Part shown: piece by piece, positions 8,625 to 17,515 of the stretch
Numbering within the stretch: position 1 is the stretch's first letter
Layout of the letters: every line of letters starts with the position of its first letter
NCBI GenBank assembly: GCA_963723205.1
Contig: CAVRQC010000006.1
Location: forward strand, 87,477-151,476
Source of the DNA: an uncultured Ignavibacteriales bacterium
GTDB lineage: Bacteria > Bacteroidota > Ignavibacteria > Ignavibacteriales > Ignavibacteriaceae
DNA length: 64,000 bases
Direction of reading: 5' to 3'
Translations under genes and position numbers: made by a program
Notes under the pieces: model-generated
Databases searched by the model: none
The model's input: only the letters and a program-made list of their open reading frames with translations
What the model was told of the DNA's origin: nothing

Positions 8625-11213
8625 ATGGGATTATTGAAATTTTTCTTTCTTTCAAATATTATATTTTTTTTCATCCTTTCACATTCGGTTTCTGCTCAAA
8701 TCATATTTAAAGAACTCCCCGGCTATCAGGCAAAAGCCGATTCATCTTTCTTTGATATTACCTCCACAAGAAAGAATATACTTTTAGACGGAATCTGGAA
8801 AGTTTATCCCACAAATAATAAAGAAAGAAAAATTTCTGAAGTTACTGTTCCATCAATATTTAAAGGGGATGCAGAATTAACTTTTGAAAAAGAATTCACA
8901 ATAACCCAGAATGAATTAAATAACTATATAATGTTTATTCATTTTTTAGGGATGAATTATTCGGCAGATATTTCTGTTAACAATGTAATTATTTACAGGC
9001 ACACTGGCGGAGAATTTCCTTTTCAATTTGAACTGCCGCATGATATATTAAGAGTAGACCAGAAAAATATATTAAGCGTAAAACTATTTTATAAGCTTGA
9101 TTCCGAAAATACAATACCGGTAAAGCAACGATTTTTATTCCCGCAGAGTTTCGGTGGAATTTTCAGAGATGTATATATTCATTTAATTCCGAATATTTCT
9201 ATTTCCGGGTTGAATGTTTTATCTAACTATAATTTAAAATCAGATAAAGCTTCTTTAAATATTAATTCGGAAATTGAAAATAAGGAATTTAAAAGAACAA
9301 CCGATTCAATTGAAACACCCAATAATCTTAACCTGAAGATAAAAATATTCAAACCGGATGGTTCTTTAGAAAGTTCTTTCGAAAATAAATTTACTCTGGA
9401 AAGGAATAGAAGTACTTTCTTAAATAAAGAGATTGAAATCAAAAATGCTTCTCCTTGGTCGGCTTCAAATCCACGATCTTATATTATTTCTGCTGAATTG
9501 TGGAGGGGTGACAGTTTAATTGATGCAACAAAAAAAGAACTGGGAATATATTCACTTAAAGAAGAAAAAAATTCCATTTTATTTAACGGAGCTTCATTCC
9601 AACTCAAAGGAGTGACTTATGTTCCTTCCTTCGAAGGATTCGGCAGTCTTGCTTCATATAATAAGATGGAAGATGATATAAAGATGATAAAAAAACTGGG
9701 GTTTAATAGCATAAGGTTTGCAAAATCAGTTCCTCATCCATATTATTTATATCTTTGTGAAAAATATGGACTATTAGCATTTGTTGAAATCCCCGTAAAT
9801 TTTATTCCTGCTTCTTTATCCTCCGATAGAGATTTTATAGTAAGAAGTAAAAATTATCTATCCAACTTTATTAAGGCATACAAAAATTATGATGCCGTTG
9901 CAGCGATTGGAATCTGCACCTCTGCTTTACCGCAAGTTAAAGAAAATATATCTTTAATAGATAACCTTGCAATACTTGCAAAGAAAAATTATGGGGGACT
10001 GATTTATGCTTCATTTGTTTCGGAAGATCAGGATGAAATTCCTCAGATTAAAAATGTTGATTTATATGGAGTTGAAATACTAAACTCACCTTTGGAAAAT
10101 GAATTTGAAAAGTTCACAAAGCTGCAAAAAGAATTAGGAAGTGGTAGGGTATTTATTAGCGGAGCAACTTATGTTGTTAACCAGGAAAACAGCGATGGTT
10201 ATGTTAATAAATTTTCATTTGAGGCACAGGCAAAATATTTTGATGAACTCACTGATTACGCGGATAAAGATTCTATTACCGGATATTTTATAAACTCGAT
10301 GTTTGATTACCGTGGGAATTATACACCCTTAATTTCTGGTTATAATAAAGATAATATATATCATATAGGAATAGTTGGAGAAGACAGAAGCACTGATAGA
10401 ATTGGCTACAAAGTATTATATGCAAAATTCCATAATGCAGAGAAAGTAACAATTCCTATCGGAAGCAGGAAAGATAACGCACCAATGGTTTTTATAATTA
10501 TGGGAATTTTGCTTGCATTAATAATGGGTATTTTAGTTAATTCGGGAAGAAAATTTAGAGAAGATGCCTCACGTGCATTAGTAAGACCATATAATTTTTA
10601 TGCCGATGTAAGAGATCAAAGGATAATTTCAGGTTTCCATTCAACAATATTAGCTATTGTCATTTCGGCAGTTTTAGCTTTAATCATTGGTAATTTGTTG
10701 TATTATTTCAAAATGAGCGTAGAGTTTGAGAAAATATTAATATCTTTTGGAAGCCCGGATTTAATAAAGATTATAAGTTATTTATCCTGGCATCCTTTAA
10801 TGGCCATTTTATGGTTTACCTTATTTTTTATGGTTTTATTATTTATTTCAACTCTAATTATTAAAATATCATCATTTTTTGTACGAAATAAAGTTTATTA
10901 TTCAAGTATTTATTTTTCAACAGTTTGGGCCTTTCTGCCATTTGTTCTTTTAATACTTGTAGGAATAATTCTATACAGGCTATTGCTAACCGATATAGCA
11001 AATCTTTATATTTACATCCTTCTTGCGATATTTTGTTTATGGGCTTTCTACCGCCTGATGAAAGGTATTTATGTAATTTTTGACGTTAACCCCAGCAGCG
11101 TTTACTTCTACAGTATAATCCTGGTTGCAGCCTTTATCGGAATAATTGTGGTCTACTTCGAATTAAAAAATTCTTTTATTGGTTATCTTTTGTTAACGTT
11201 AAAGCAATATTAA
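8625..11213 (+). CDS. secreted GH2-like (beta-galactosidase/glucuronidase fold) domain protein fused to a C-terminal polytopic membrane domain
   Basis: 862 aa.
- Signal peptide ends in SVSAQ.
- GH2 sugar-binding-like segment (LLDGIWKVYP...VTVPS...FLGMNYSADISVNNVIIYRHTGGEFPFQFEL).
- TIM-barrel-like segment (LKGVTYVP...MIKKLGFNSIRFAKSVPHPYYLYLCEKYGLLAFVEIP).
- About 6 hydrophobic helices in the last 230 aa or so. Confidence 0.6.
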   Translation: MGLLKFFFLSNIIFFFILSHSVSAQIIFKELPGYQAKADSSFFDITSTRKNILLDGIWKVYPTNNKERKISEVTVPSIFKGDAELTFEKEFTITQNELNNYIMFIHFLGMNYSADISVNNVIIYRHTGGEFPFQFELPHDILRVDQKNILSVKLFYKLDSENTIPVKQRFLFPQSFGGIFRDVYIHLIPNISISGLNVLSNYNLKSDKASLNINSEIENKEFKRTTDSIETPNNLNLKIKIFKPDGSLESSFENKFTLERNRSTFLNKEIEIKNASPWSASNPRSYIISAELWRGDSLIDATKKELGIYSLKEEKNSILFNGASFQLKGVTYVPSFEGFGSLASYNKMEDDIKMIKKLGFNSIRFAKSVPHPYYLYLCEKYGLLAFVEIPVNFIPASLSSDRDFIVRSKNYLSNFIKAYKNYDAVAAIGICTSALPQVKENISLIDNLAILAKKNYGGLIYASFVSEDQDEIPQIKNVDLYGVEILNSPLENEFEKFTKLQKELGSGRVFISGATYVVNQENSDGYVNKFSFEAQAKYFDELTDYADKDSITGYFINSMFDYRGNYTPLISGYNKDNIYHIGIVGEDRSTDRIGYKVLYAKFHNAEKVTIPIGSRKDNAPMVFIIMGILLALIMGILVNSGRKFREDASRALVRPYNFYADVRDQRIISGFHSTILAIVISAVLALIIGNLLYYFKMSVEFEKILISFGSPDLIKIISYLSWHPLMAILWFTLFFMVLLFISTLIIKISSFFVRNKVYYSSIYFSTVWAFLPFVLLILVGIILYRLLLTDIANLYIYILLAIFCLWAFYRLMKGIYVIFDVNPSSVYFYSIILVAAFIGIIVVYFELKNSFIGYLLLTLKQY

Positions 11214-11224
11214 AGTAAAGAGAA

Positions 11225-14200
11225 TTGTATTTATCAAAACTGGAAATATTAGGATTTAAGTCTTTTGCTCAAAAGACTATGGTTAACTTTAACAGCGGTG
11301 TAACTTCCATTGTAGGACCAAACGGCTGCGGGAAGACCAACATAGTTGATGCAATAAGATGGTGCCTCGGAGAGCAGAGAAGCGGCGCTTTAAGAAGTGA
11401 CAAAATGGAGAATGTAATCTTCAACGGAACTTCAACTAAAAAACCAATGGGAATGGCAGAAGTTTCTCTAACTATCCAAAATACAAAAGGAATTTTACCT
11501 ACTGAATTTTCCGAAGTTACTATAACCAGAAGAATCTTCCGATCCGGTGAAAGTGAGTATCTGCTTAACAAAAATTTATGCCGCTTAAAAGATATTACCA
11601 ATCTTTTTATGGATACGGGTATAGGCGCAAATGCATATTCTGTTATTGAGCTTAAAATGGTTGAAACTATTCTAAGCAGCAAAGCTGAAGAAAGACGAAC
11701 AATGTTTGAAGAAGCAGCCGGTGTAAATAAATATAAATTAAGAAGACGGCTCGCACTAAAAAAACTTGATGAAGTTAAAGCAGATCTTGTAAGAGTAAAT
11801 GACATCGTTTCCGAAGTTGAAAAGAAAGTAAATTCTCTGGAAAGACAGGCCAAAAAAGCAGATAAATATAACAGGATATCTACTGAGCTAAAAGAACTTG
11901 AAATGGATCTTGCCGAACGGGAATTTGCTCTATTTAATATACAGAAAAATGAATCCAAACTTAAAAAAGAAGATAGTTTTCAGCGGAAAATTAAACTTGA
12001 TTCACAAATAGCAGAGTTGGATGATAAAATCAAATCGGCTAAGAATAATCTTAGGGAAATTGAATTCCAGTTAAAATCCAAACGGACTGAAGTTACTTCT
12101 CAAACCGAAAAGATTTATAATGTACAAAAGAACCTTTCCGTAAATCAGGAACGGATTAAATCCCTTGAATCAAATATAGAACGTTATACCCAGGAGCTGG
12201 AAGAGTTAAAAAATCAACTCGATGAAAATAAAAATACAATAGAAGAAAATCTTTTGGGTCTTGATAATATTAAAAAGAAGATAGATTCCAAAGAAGAAGA
12301 GAAAAAAGAAACCGGGTTCAAATTAAATGAACAGGGAGAGTTATTAAATAATAAAAGAAATGAATTAAAATCTTTTTCGGACGAATTGTTCGAGAAATTT
12401 AAAGAGATAACAAACCGCGAAAATGAACTTTCAAATATAAATAAGTCGCTTGAAGCTAAAAATCAATCGATCAATAAACTTAAAGAAAGAATAAATTCAT
12501 TAACCGGTAATATTGCAAAAACTGTCGGGTTTATCGAAGAACTTAACCAAGAAAAGGAAGATACTGAAAAAAAATTAAAAGAAACCGAATCTATTTATAC
12601 TCAGAAACAAGATGAAAAAAACGAAATAGAAAAAGAATTAAACAAATTAAAAGAGCAAGAACTTGAAGATAGAACTGCACTTAATTCATTAAAAGATAAA
12701 ATAGGATTTGTACAAAATTTAATAGATAATCTTGAAGGTGTTTCTAAAGGTGCAAAAGCATTAATTGAAGATGATACTTGGGCTTTGAAAGACAAAACTT
12801 TGCTTGCTTACATTGGAGATACTCCTGATAAATACAGAAATGCCATTGAAGCTTCATTAAAAAATAATCTTAACAATATTATTGTTGAAACATTTGATGA
12901 TTTGTTAAACGGAATTGCTTTCCTGAAAAATAATGAAATCGGTAAAGCTTCATTTTACGTAACGGATAAGAACGGAAAAGAGAATAAAAGCATTTTTGAA
13001 AAAATCGGTGATTTCGGAAGCAAACGAAAACTTAAGAAATTAGAAAATGAAGATGAATTCTTAGGGTGGGCAAAAAGTTTTGTTCAAACTGATGAAAAAT
13101 GGCTGCCCTACTTTGAAAAAATATTATTTAAAACTGCCGTTGTAGATTCAATTGATAAGGCTTTCGAATTATCATCAAAATATTTTGGATTCAATTTTGT
13201 TACTTTGAACGGTGATTATATCGGCAGCAATGGAATTGTTGATGCCGGTTCAGAACCTAAACTGGATGATTCATTGTTTGGCAGAAAACAGCTTCTGGAA
13301 AATTTGAAAAATGAATTCCCCCAAAGAGAAGCAAGTTTGGAAAAGATGAAGCATGAAATTGGGCTATTGGAAGAAAAGCTTAATGATATTGATCTAAAAA
13401 TACTTTCCGATAAAGGTAAACTATTAGTTAATGATATTGCAAATCTTGAGAAGCAAATTGCTCAATTTGAATTTGAAAAGAAAAAAGCTGTAGAAGAGAG
13501 CGAAAAAGCCGGGAAAGATATTCAGGAATTAGCAGCAGAATCAAATAAAATTGATAATGAACGTTCGAGATTAAATGATATTCTTTCTTCACAAAATGAA
13601 GATAAACAGAAAGCCGATAAACAGAAAGAAGAACTGGAAATCGAATTTAATAAATGCGAAGAAGAATATGACAACTTAGTTGGAGATCAAAATAAAATTA
13701 ATCTTGAACTTGAAAGATTCCTTGGTGAAAAAAAGAATATAGAAAACTCAATATCACGCGCTAAGGATTCAATTGAGATAATAAAGAAATCAATTTCTAA
13801 AAGAGAGTTTGATATTTCTTCTTCTAATGAAGAAAAAGAAACATTAACAAATATAATGGAAGAAAAAAATATAGAGTTAAATGATCTTGAAGCTGAAAAA
13901 GAATTTTTGATAAAAGATGAACAGGAGATCGATTCAAAATATAAACTTTCACAGTCTGAAATTTCCGAATTAGAAAACAACCGGGAACAAATTCAAAAAG
14001 AGAAAGAAGAAAATTCAGAGCAGATGCATTCCGCCGACATCAGACTTAACGAACTGAATATGAAAATCTCTAATCTGAAAGAAAATATTGAAGAGGATTA
14101 TTCCCTGACTCTTGAAGAAAAAAATTATGATGACCTGGATTCATTTGACTTCGAGAAGAGAACGGAAGAAGTCCATACATTAAAGCAGCAGGTAAAGAAT

Positions 14201-14815
14201 TTAGGACCGATAAATCTGCTGGCATATTCTGAATTTGAAGAAGAGAAAGAAAGATTTGAATTTTTATCGAGACAAAAGGACGATTTAATAGAATCTGAAA
14301 AAGATATTGTAAAAACGATTGAAGAGATTAATAATACTGCACAATCAAAATTTATGGAAACCTTTGAACTGATTCGCGGTCACTTTATAAATATTTTCAG
14401 GGGTTTATTTAATCCGGGTGATGAAGCTGATTTAAGGATTGAAGAAAATGCGGATCCGCTTGAAGCCAAAATCGAAATTGTTGCAAAACCAAAAGGAAAA
14501 CGCCCAACCTCAATTGAACTTTTATCAGGAGGAGAAAAGACATTAACGGCAATTGCCTTACTTTTTGCGATATACCTTGTTAAACCAAGTCCGTTTTGTA
14601 TTCTTGATGAAATTGATGCTCCTTTAGATGATGCTAATATCGACCGCTTCACAAAAATTATTGAGGATTTCAGTAAAGATACACAGTTTATTGTTGTCAC
14701 CCATAACAAGAGAACAATGGAAGCTGCCCAGACACTTTACGGTGTTACAATGCAGGATGAAGGAATTTCAAAATTAGTTAGCGTTAGGTTTAATGAAGAT
14801 TTAATATTTCAATGA
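11225..14815 (+). CDS. smc: chromosome partition protein Smc
   Basis: 1196 aa with a TTG start. Walker A GPNGCGKTN, long K/E-rich coiled coils around a central hinge, signature LSGGEKTLTAIALLFA and Walker B FCILDEIDAPLD. Confidence 0.95.
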   Translation: MYLSKLEILGFKSFAQKTMVNFNSGVTSIVGPNGCGKTNIVDAIRWCLGEQRSGALRSDKMENVIFNGTSTKKPMGMAEVSLTIQNTKGILPTEFSEVTITRRIFRSGESEYLLNKNLCRLKDITNLFMDTGIGANAYSVIELKMVETILSSKAEERRTMFEEAAGVNKYKLRRRLALKKLDEVKADLVRVNDIVSEVEKKVNSLERQAKKADKYNRISTELKELEMDLAEREFALFNIQKNESKLKKEDSFQRKIKLDSQIAELDDKIKSAKNNLREIEFQLKSKRTEVTSQTEKIYNVQKNLSVNQERIKSLESNIERYTQELEELKNQLDENKNTIEENLLGLDNIKKKIDSKEEEKKETGFKLNEQGELLNNKRNELKSFSDELFEKFKEITNRENELSNINKSLEAKNQSINKLKERINSLTGNIAKTVGFIEELNQEKEDTEKKLKETESIYTQKQDEKNEIEKELNKLKEQELEDRTALNSLKDKIGFVQNLIDNLEGVSKGAKALIEDDTWALKDKTLLAYIGDTPDKYRNAIEASLKNNLNNIIVETFDDLLNGIAFLKNNEIGKASFYVTDKNGKENKSIFEKIGDFGSKRKLKKLENEDEFLGWAKSFVQTDEKWLPYFEKILFKTAVVDSIDKAFELSSKYFGFNFVTLNGDYIGSNGIVDAGSEPKLDDSLFGRKQLLENLKNEFPQREASLEKMKHEIGLLEEKLNDIDLKILSDKGKLLVNDIANLEKQIAQFEFEKKKAVEESEKAGKDIQELAAESNKIDNERSRLNDILSSQNEDKQKADKQKEELEIEFNKCEEEYDNLVGDQNKINLELERFLGEKKNIENSISRAKDSIEIIKKSISKREFDISSSNEEKETLTNIMEEKNIELNDLEAEKEFLIKDEQEIDSKYKLSQSEISELENNREQIQKEKEENSEQMHSADIRLNELNMKISNLKENIEEDYSLTLEEKNYDDLDSFDFEKRTEEVHTLKQQVKNLGPINLLAYSEFEEEKERFEFLSRQKDDLIESEKDIVKTIEEINNTAQSKFMETFELIRGHFINIFRGLFNPGDEADLRIEENADPLEAKIEIVAKPKGKRPTSIELLSGGEKTLTAIALLFAIYLVKPSPFCILDEIDAPLDDANIDRFTKIIEDFSKDTQFIVVTHNKRTMEAAQTLYGVTMQDEGISKLVSVRFNEDLIFQ

Positions 14816-14838
14816 TAATTATCGGCAAAATGTAAGTA

Positions 14839-15642
14839 ATGTATCAAGACCCAACGAAAGATATGCAACAAACAACAGATAACAAACAACAGATAGCAAA
14901 CAACATACAAAGAACAATAGACTCTCATAGAGTATTTAAAGCTTTTGTCGACTTCGACGGAACCATTACTAAGAAAGATGTAGGCGATGCGATTTTTCTG
15001 AATTTCTGCGATGAAAAAATTGTTGACGATATAATAAAAAAATTATTAAGTGATAAAATTTCCGCAATGCAATGCTGGGTTTCTTTATGTGAGATTGCAA
15101 AAATACCCGGCAAAAAAGAATTGAATGAGTTTATTGATGTAATTGAAATTGATCCGGCTTTCCATGAATTTGTTAAGTTTTGTGAGAGTAATAAAATAGA
15201 TATTTATGTTCTAAGTGACGGCTTTGATTATTACATAAACAGAATTTTTGAAAGGGAAGGTTTAAATAATCTGAAATATTATTCCAATAAACTGGAAATT
15301 ACAAAAGATAATCACCTTATACCGCATTTCCCATATTTTGATATTGATTGCCAGACTTCTGCTAACTGCAAAAGAAATCATATTATAAACCATAGCGGAG
15401 ATGATGAATATACAATATTTGTCGGCGATGGAAATTCGGACAAATATACTTCACAGTTCTGTGATTTCATTTTTGCGAAAGATGATTTATTAAAATTCTG
15501 CGAGAAAGAAAGAATAACTTATTTCCCGTTTAATGATTTTAATGATGTAATAAAAAGGATGGAAGTCCTGATAAAAAGGAAAAGGCTTAAAAAAAGACAC
15601 CAAGCCTTGTTGAAGAGAAGAGAAGTTTATATGGCAGAGTAA
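14839..15642 (+). CDS. HAD-IB family phosphatase (MtnX / phosphoserine-phosphatase-like)
   Basis: HAD motif I FVDFDGTITKKD, motif II VLSDG and motif III/IV FVGDGNSDKY. The start is uncertain: ATG 14839 or 14863, and the N-terminal 30 aa or so overlaps a 14-nt tandem repeat. Confidence 0.7.
   Translation: MYQDPTKDMQQTTDNKQQIANNIQRTIDSHRVFKAFVDFDGTITKKDVGDAIFLNFCDEKIVDDIIKKLLSDKISAMQCWVSLCEIAKIPGKKELNEFIDVIEIDPAFHEFVKFCESNKIDIYVLSDGFDYYINRIFEREGLNNLKYYSNKLEITKDNHLIPHFPYFDIDCQTSANCKRNHIINHSGDDEYTIFVGDGNSDKYTSQFCDFIFAKDDLLKFCEKERITYFPFNDFNDVIKRMEVLIKRKRLKKRHQALLKRREVYMAE
14868..14909 (+). repeat. 14-nt CAA-rich tandem repeat, 2 perfect copies plus 1 degenerate copy
   Basis: ACAAACAACAGATA at 14868-14881 and again at 14882-14895, then GCAAACAACATACA at 14896-14909 (11/14 identical). 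Read directly from the sequence. Confidence 0.85.
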
Positions 15643-15655
15643 TGTTGGTGGTTGG

Positions 15656-15685
15656 TTGTAGGTTGTTGGAAATCGACAACTACAA
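15656..15685 (+). promoter_or_regulatory. GTT-rich/CAA-rich hairpin in the intergenic leader of the ICMT-like gene
   Basis: TTGTAGGTTGTTG (15656-15668) pairs with CGACAACTACAA (15674-15685), giving about 12 bp with one bulged G and one G:U. It is embedded in a longer GTT-rich arm (15643-15669) facing a CAA-rich tract (15674-15712). No U-tract follows. Confidence 0.45.
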
Positions 15686-15717
15686 ACAACAAACTAACGA
15701 CAACAAACAAAAAAGAT

Positions 15718-16305
15718 ATGCATGAACTAGCAAAAAAATTATTTAAATACAGAAGCTATACGCCGATCCCGTTTTTATTGGTAATGTTCTTTTATGAAAA
15801 TGCCAATATATGGAGTTTAATAACCGGATTTATTATAGCATTATCCGGCGAATTAATTCGGCTTTGGGGTGTTAGCTGGGCAGGCAGTGAAACCAGAACG
15901 ACTGGGACTGTAGGTGGCGTTTTTTTAGTTATTAGCGGACCTTTTGCTCATTTAAGAAATCCTTTATATCTGGGTAACATTTTGATTTATTTGGGACTAG
16001 GAATTATGTCTTATGCCTTGTTCCCTTATTTACAAATTATTGCTCTGTTATTCTTTATGTTTCAGTATCATCTAATTGTAAAAGAAGAAGAAGAATACCT
16101 GAGAAAAACATATGGTAAATCTTATGAAGATTACGTAAACAATGTACCTCGATTTCTTCCAAGACTATCTTCATATAAAGCTGAAAATGTCGAACAACCG
16201 ATTTTTAAATTAAAGGCAGGATTAAGATCAGAAAAAAGAACTCTCCAGGCATTTGGATTTGTTACTTTAACAATTTTTCTCCTTTGGTTTATAGGAAGAT
16301 TTTAA
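15718..16305 (+). CDS. isoprenylcysteine carboxyl methyltransferase (ICMT/Ste14/LmtA-like) family membrane methyltransferase
   Basis: Multi-TM protein with LRNPLYLGNILIYLG and a C-terminal EEEEYLRKTYGKSYEDYVNNVPRFLP motif. I prefer the ATG at 15718 (MHELAKK...) because the 15652 ORF extension translates the GTT/CAA hairpin. Confidence 0.72.
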   Translation: MHELAKKLFKYRSYTPIPFLLVMFFYENANIWSLITGFIIALSGELIRLWGVSWAGSETRTTGTVGGVFLVISGPFAHLRNPLYLGNILIYLGLGIMSYALFPYLQIIALLFFMFQYHLIVKEEEEYLRKTYGKSYEDYVNNVPRFLPRLSSYKAENVEQPIFKLKAGLRSEKRTLQAFGFVTLTIFLLWFIGRF

Positions 16306-16342
16306 TGTCGAAACATTTTGATTTAATTAAACAATTTGTTCG

Positions 16343-17482
16343 ATGACAGAAAACGAAAACAAAAATTTGATGATTATTGCAGGTGAAGTTTCCGGTGACT
16401 TGCACGGTAGTTCGTTGGTTAGAGAGTTAAAAAAAATGGATAGCAGATTAAATATATACGGCATTGGCGGCGATAGAATGAAAGCCGAAGGAATGGAGTT
16501 AATATATCATATTAATAAAATGGCATTTTTAGGCTTTGCAGAAGTCGTTAAACATCTTCCATTTATAAAAAGAGTACAACGCGATTTAATTGCAATAATA
16601 AAAGAGAAAAAGATTAGAAATATAGTTTTGATTGATTATCCGGGCTTCAATTTAAATTTTGCTAAAAAACTTAAAGCTCTGAATTTGAATATTATATATT
16701 ACATTTCCCCTCAAATTTGGGCCTGGGGTGCCGGACGGATAAATAAGATTAAAAAACTGGTCAGCAAAATGATTGTTGTTTTTCCGTTTGAAGAAAAGTT
16801 TTATAAAGAATCGGGTGTTAATGTTGAATTTGTGGGACATCCATTGATTGAAAGAATTAATGAACACAAATTATTAACAAAAGAAGAATTCTTTGAAAAG
16901 TTTGATTTAGATAAGTCAAAAGAAGTTTTGCTAATTCTCCCGGGAAGCAGGCTTCATGAAGTTGAAAGAATTTTTCCCGAATCAATAAAAGCTGCTGAAA
17001 AGATTGCGGATGAGTTTAATCTTCAAATTGTTATTGCCGGTTCACCGAATATCAGTGAAGAAGTTTATAATAATTTATCAAACACAAAAGAAAATAAAAT
17101 TATTACCGGTTATACTTACGAATTAATGAGATATTCAAAAATCGGAATTATAAAATCCGGAACATCAACATTAGAATCTGCATTATTTACATTACCAATG
17201 GTAATTGTTTATAAAACAGGATTTATAACCTACTCCATTGGTAAAAACCTGGTTAAGGTAAAAAATATCGGGATGGCAAATATTATTGCAGGAGAAACAG
17301 TTGTCCCTGAACTTATTCAGAAAGACGCGAGTGCTGAATCAATTTACTTGGAATGCAAAAAGATTTTATCTAATGAAGGATTATATAATTCCATTAAGCA
17401 AAAGTTGAGTAAGGTTAAAGATAAATTAGGTTCTGAAGGAGCTTCCCGGAGAGCAGCCGGTTTAATTTATTCAATGATGTAA
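16343..17482 (+). CDS. lpxB: lipid-A-disaccharide synthase
   Basis: 379 aa. N-terminal IIAGEVSGDLHGS motif with GT19-like length and layout. Neighbours are DUF374 and lpxK. Confidence 0.9.
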   Translation: MTENENKNLMIIAGEVSGDLHGSSLVRELKKMDSRLNIYGIGGDRMKAEGMELIYHINKMAFLGFAEVVKHLPFIKRVQRDLIAIIKEKKIRNIVLIDYPGFNLNFAKKLKALNLNIIYYISPQIWAWGAGRINKIKKLVSKMIVVFPFEEKFYKESGVNVEFVGHPLIERINEHKLLTKEEFFEKFDLDKSKEVLLILPGSRLHEVERIFPESIKAAEKIADEFNLQIVIAGSPNISEEVYNNLSNTKENKIITGYTYELMRYSKIGIIKSGTSTLESALFTLPMVIVYKTGFITYSIGKNLVKVKNIGMANIIAGETVVPELIQKDASAESIYLECKKILSNEGLYNSIKQKLSKVKDKLGSEGASRRAAGLIYSMM

Positions 17483-17515
17483 AACCATAAGTTAATAAAC
17501 CAAAAGCTTATAAAT

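Noticed and set aside
11269-11958. 229-aa antisense ORF inside smc, plus other antisense ORFs in smc at 12601-12795, 13687-13980 and 14380-14709
   Set aside because: These are Ser/Phe/Leu-rich translations that mirror the GAA/AAA-rich coiled-coil codons of smc. They carry no motifs and lie wholly inside a confidently called gene, so they are shadow ORFs.
15652-15717. N-terminal extension MVVGCWKSTTTNNKLTTTNKKD of the ICMT-like ORF
   Set aside because: It is simply the translation of the GTT-rich/CAA-rich hairpin. The ATG at 15718 gives a normal N-terminus, so the extension is treated as non-coding.
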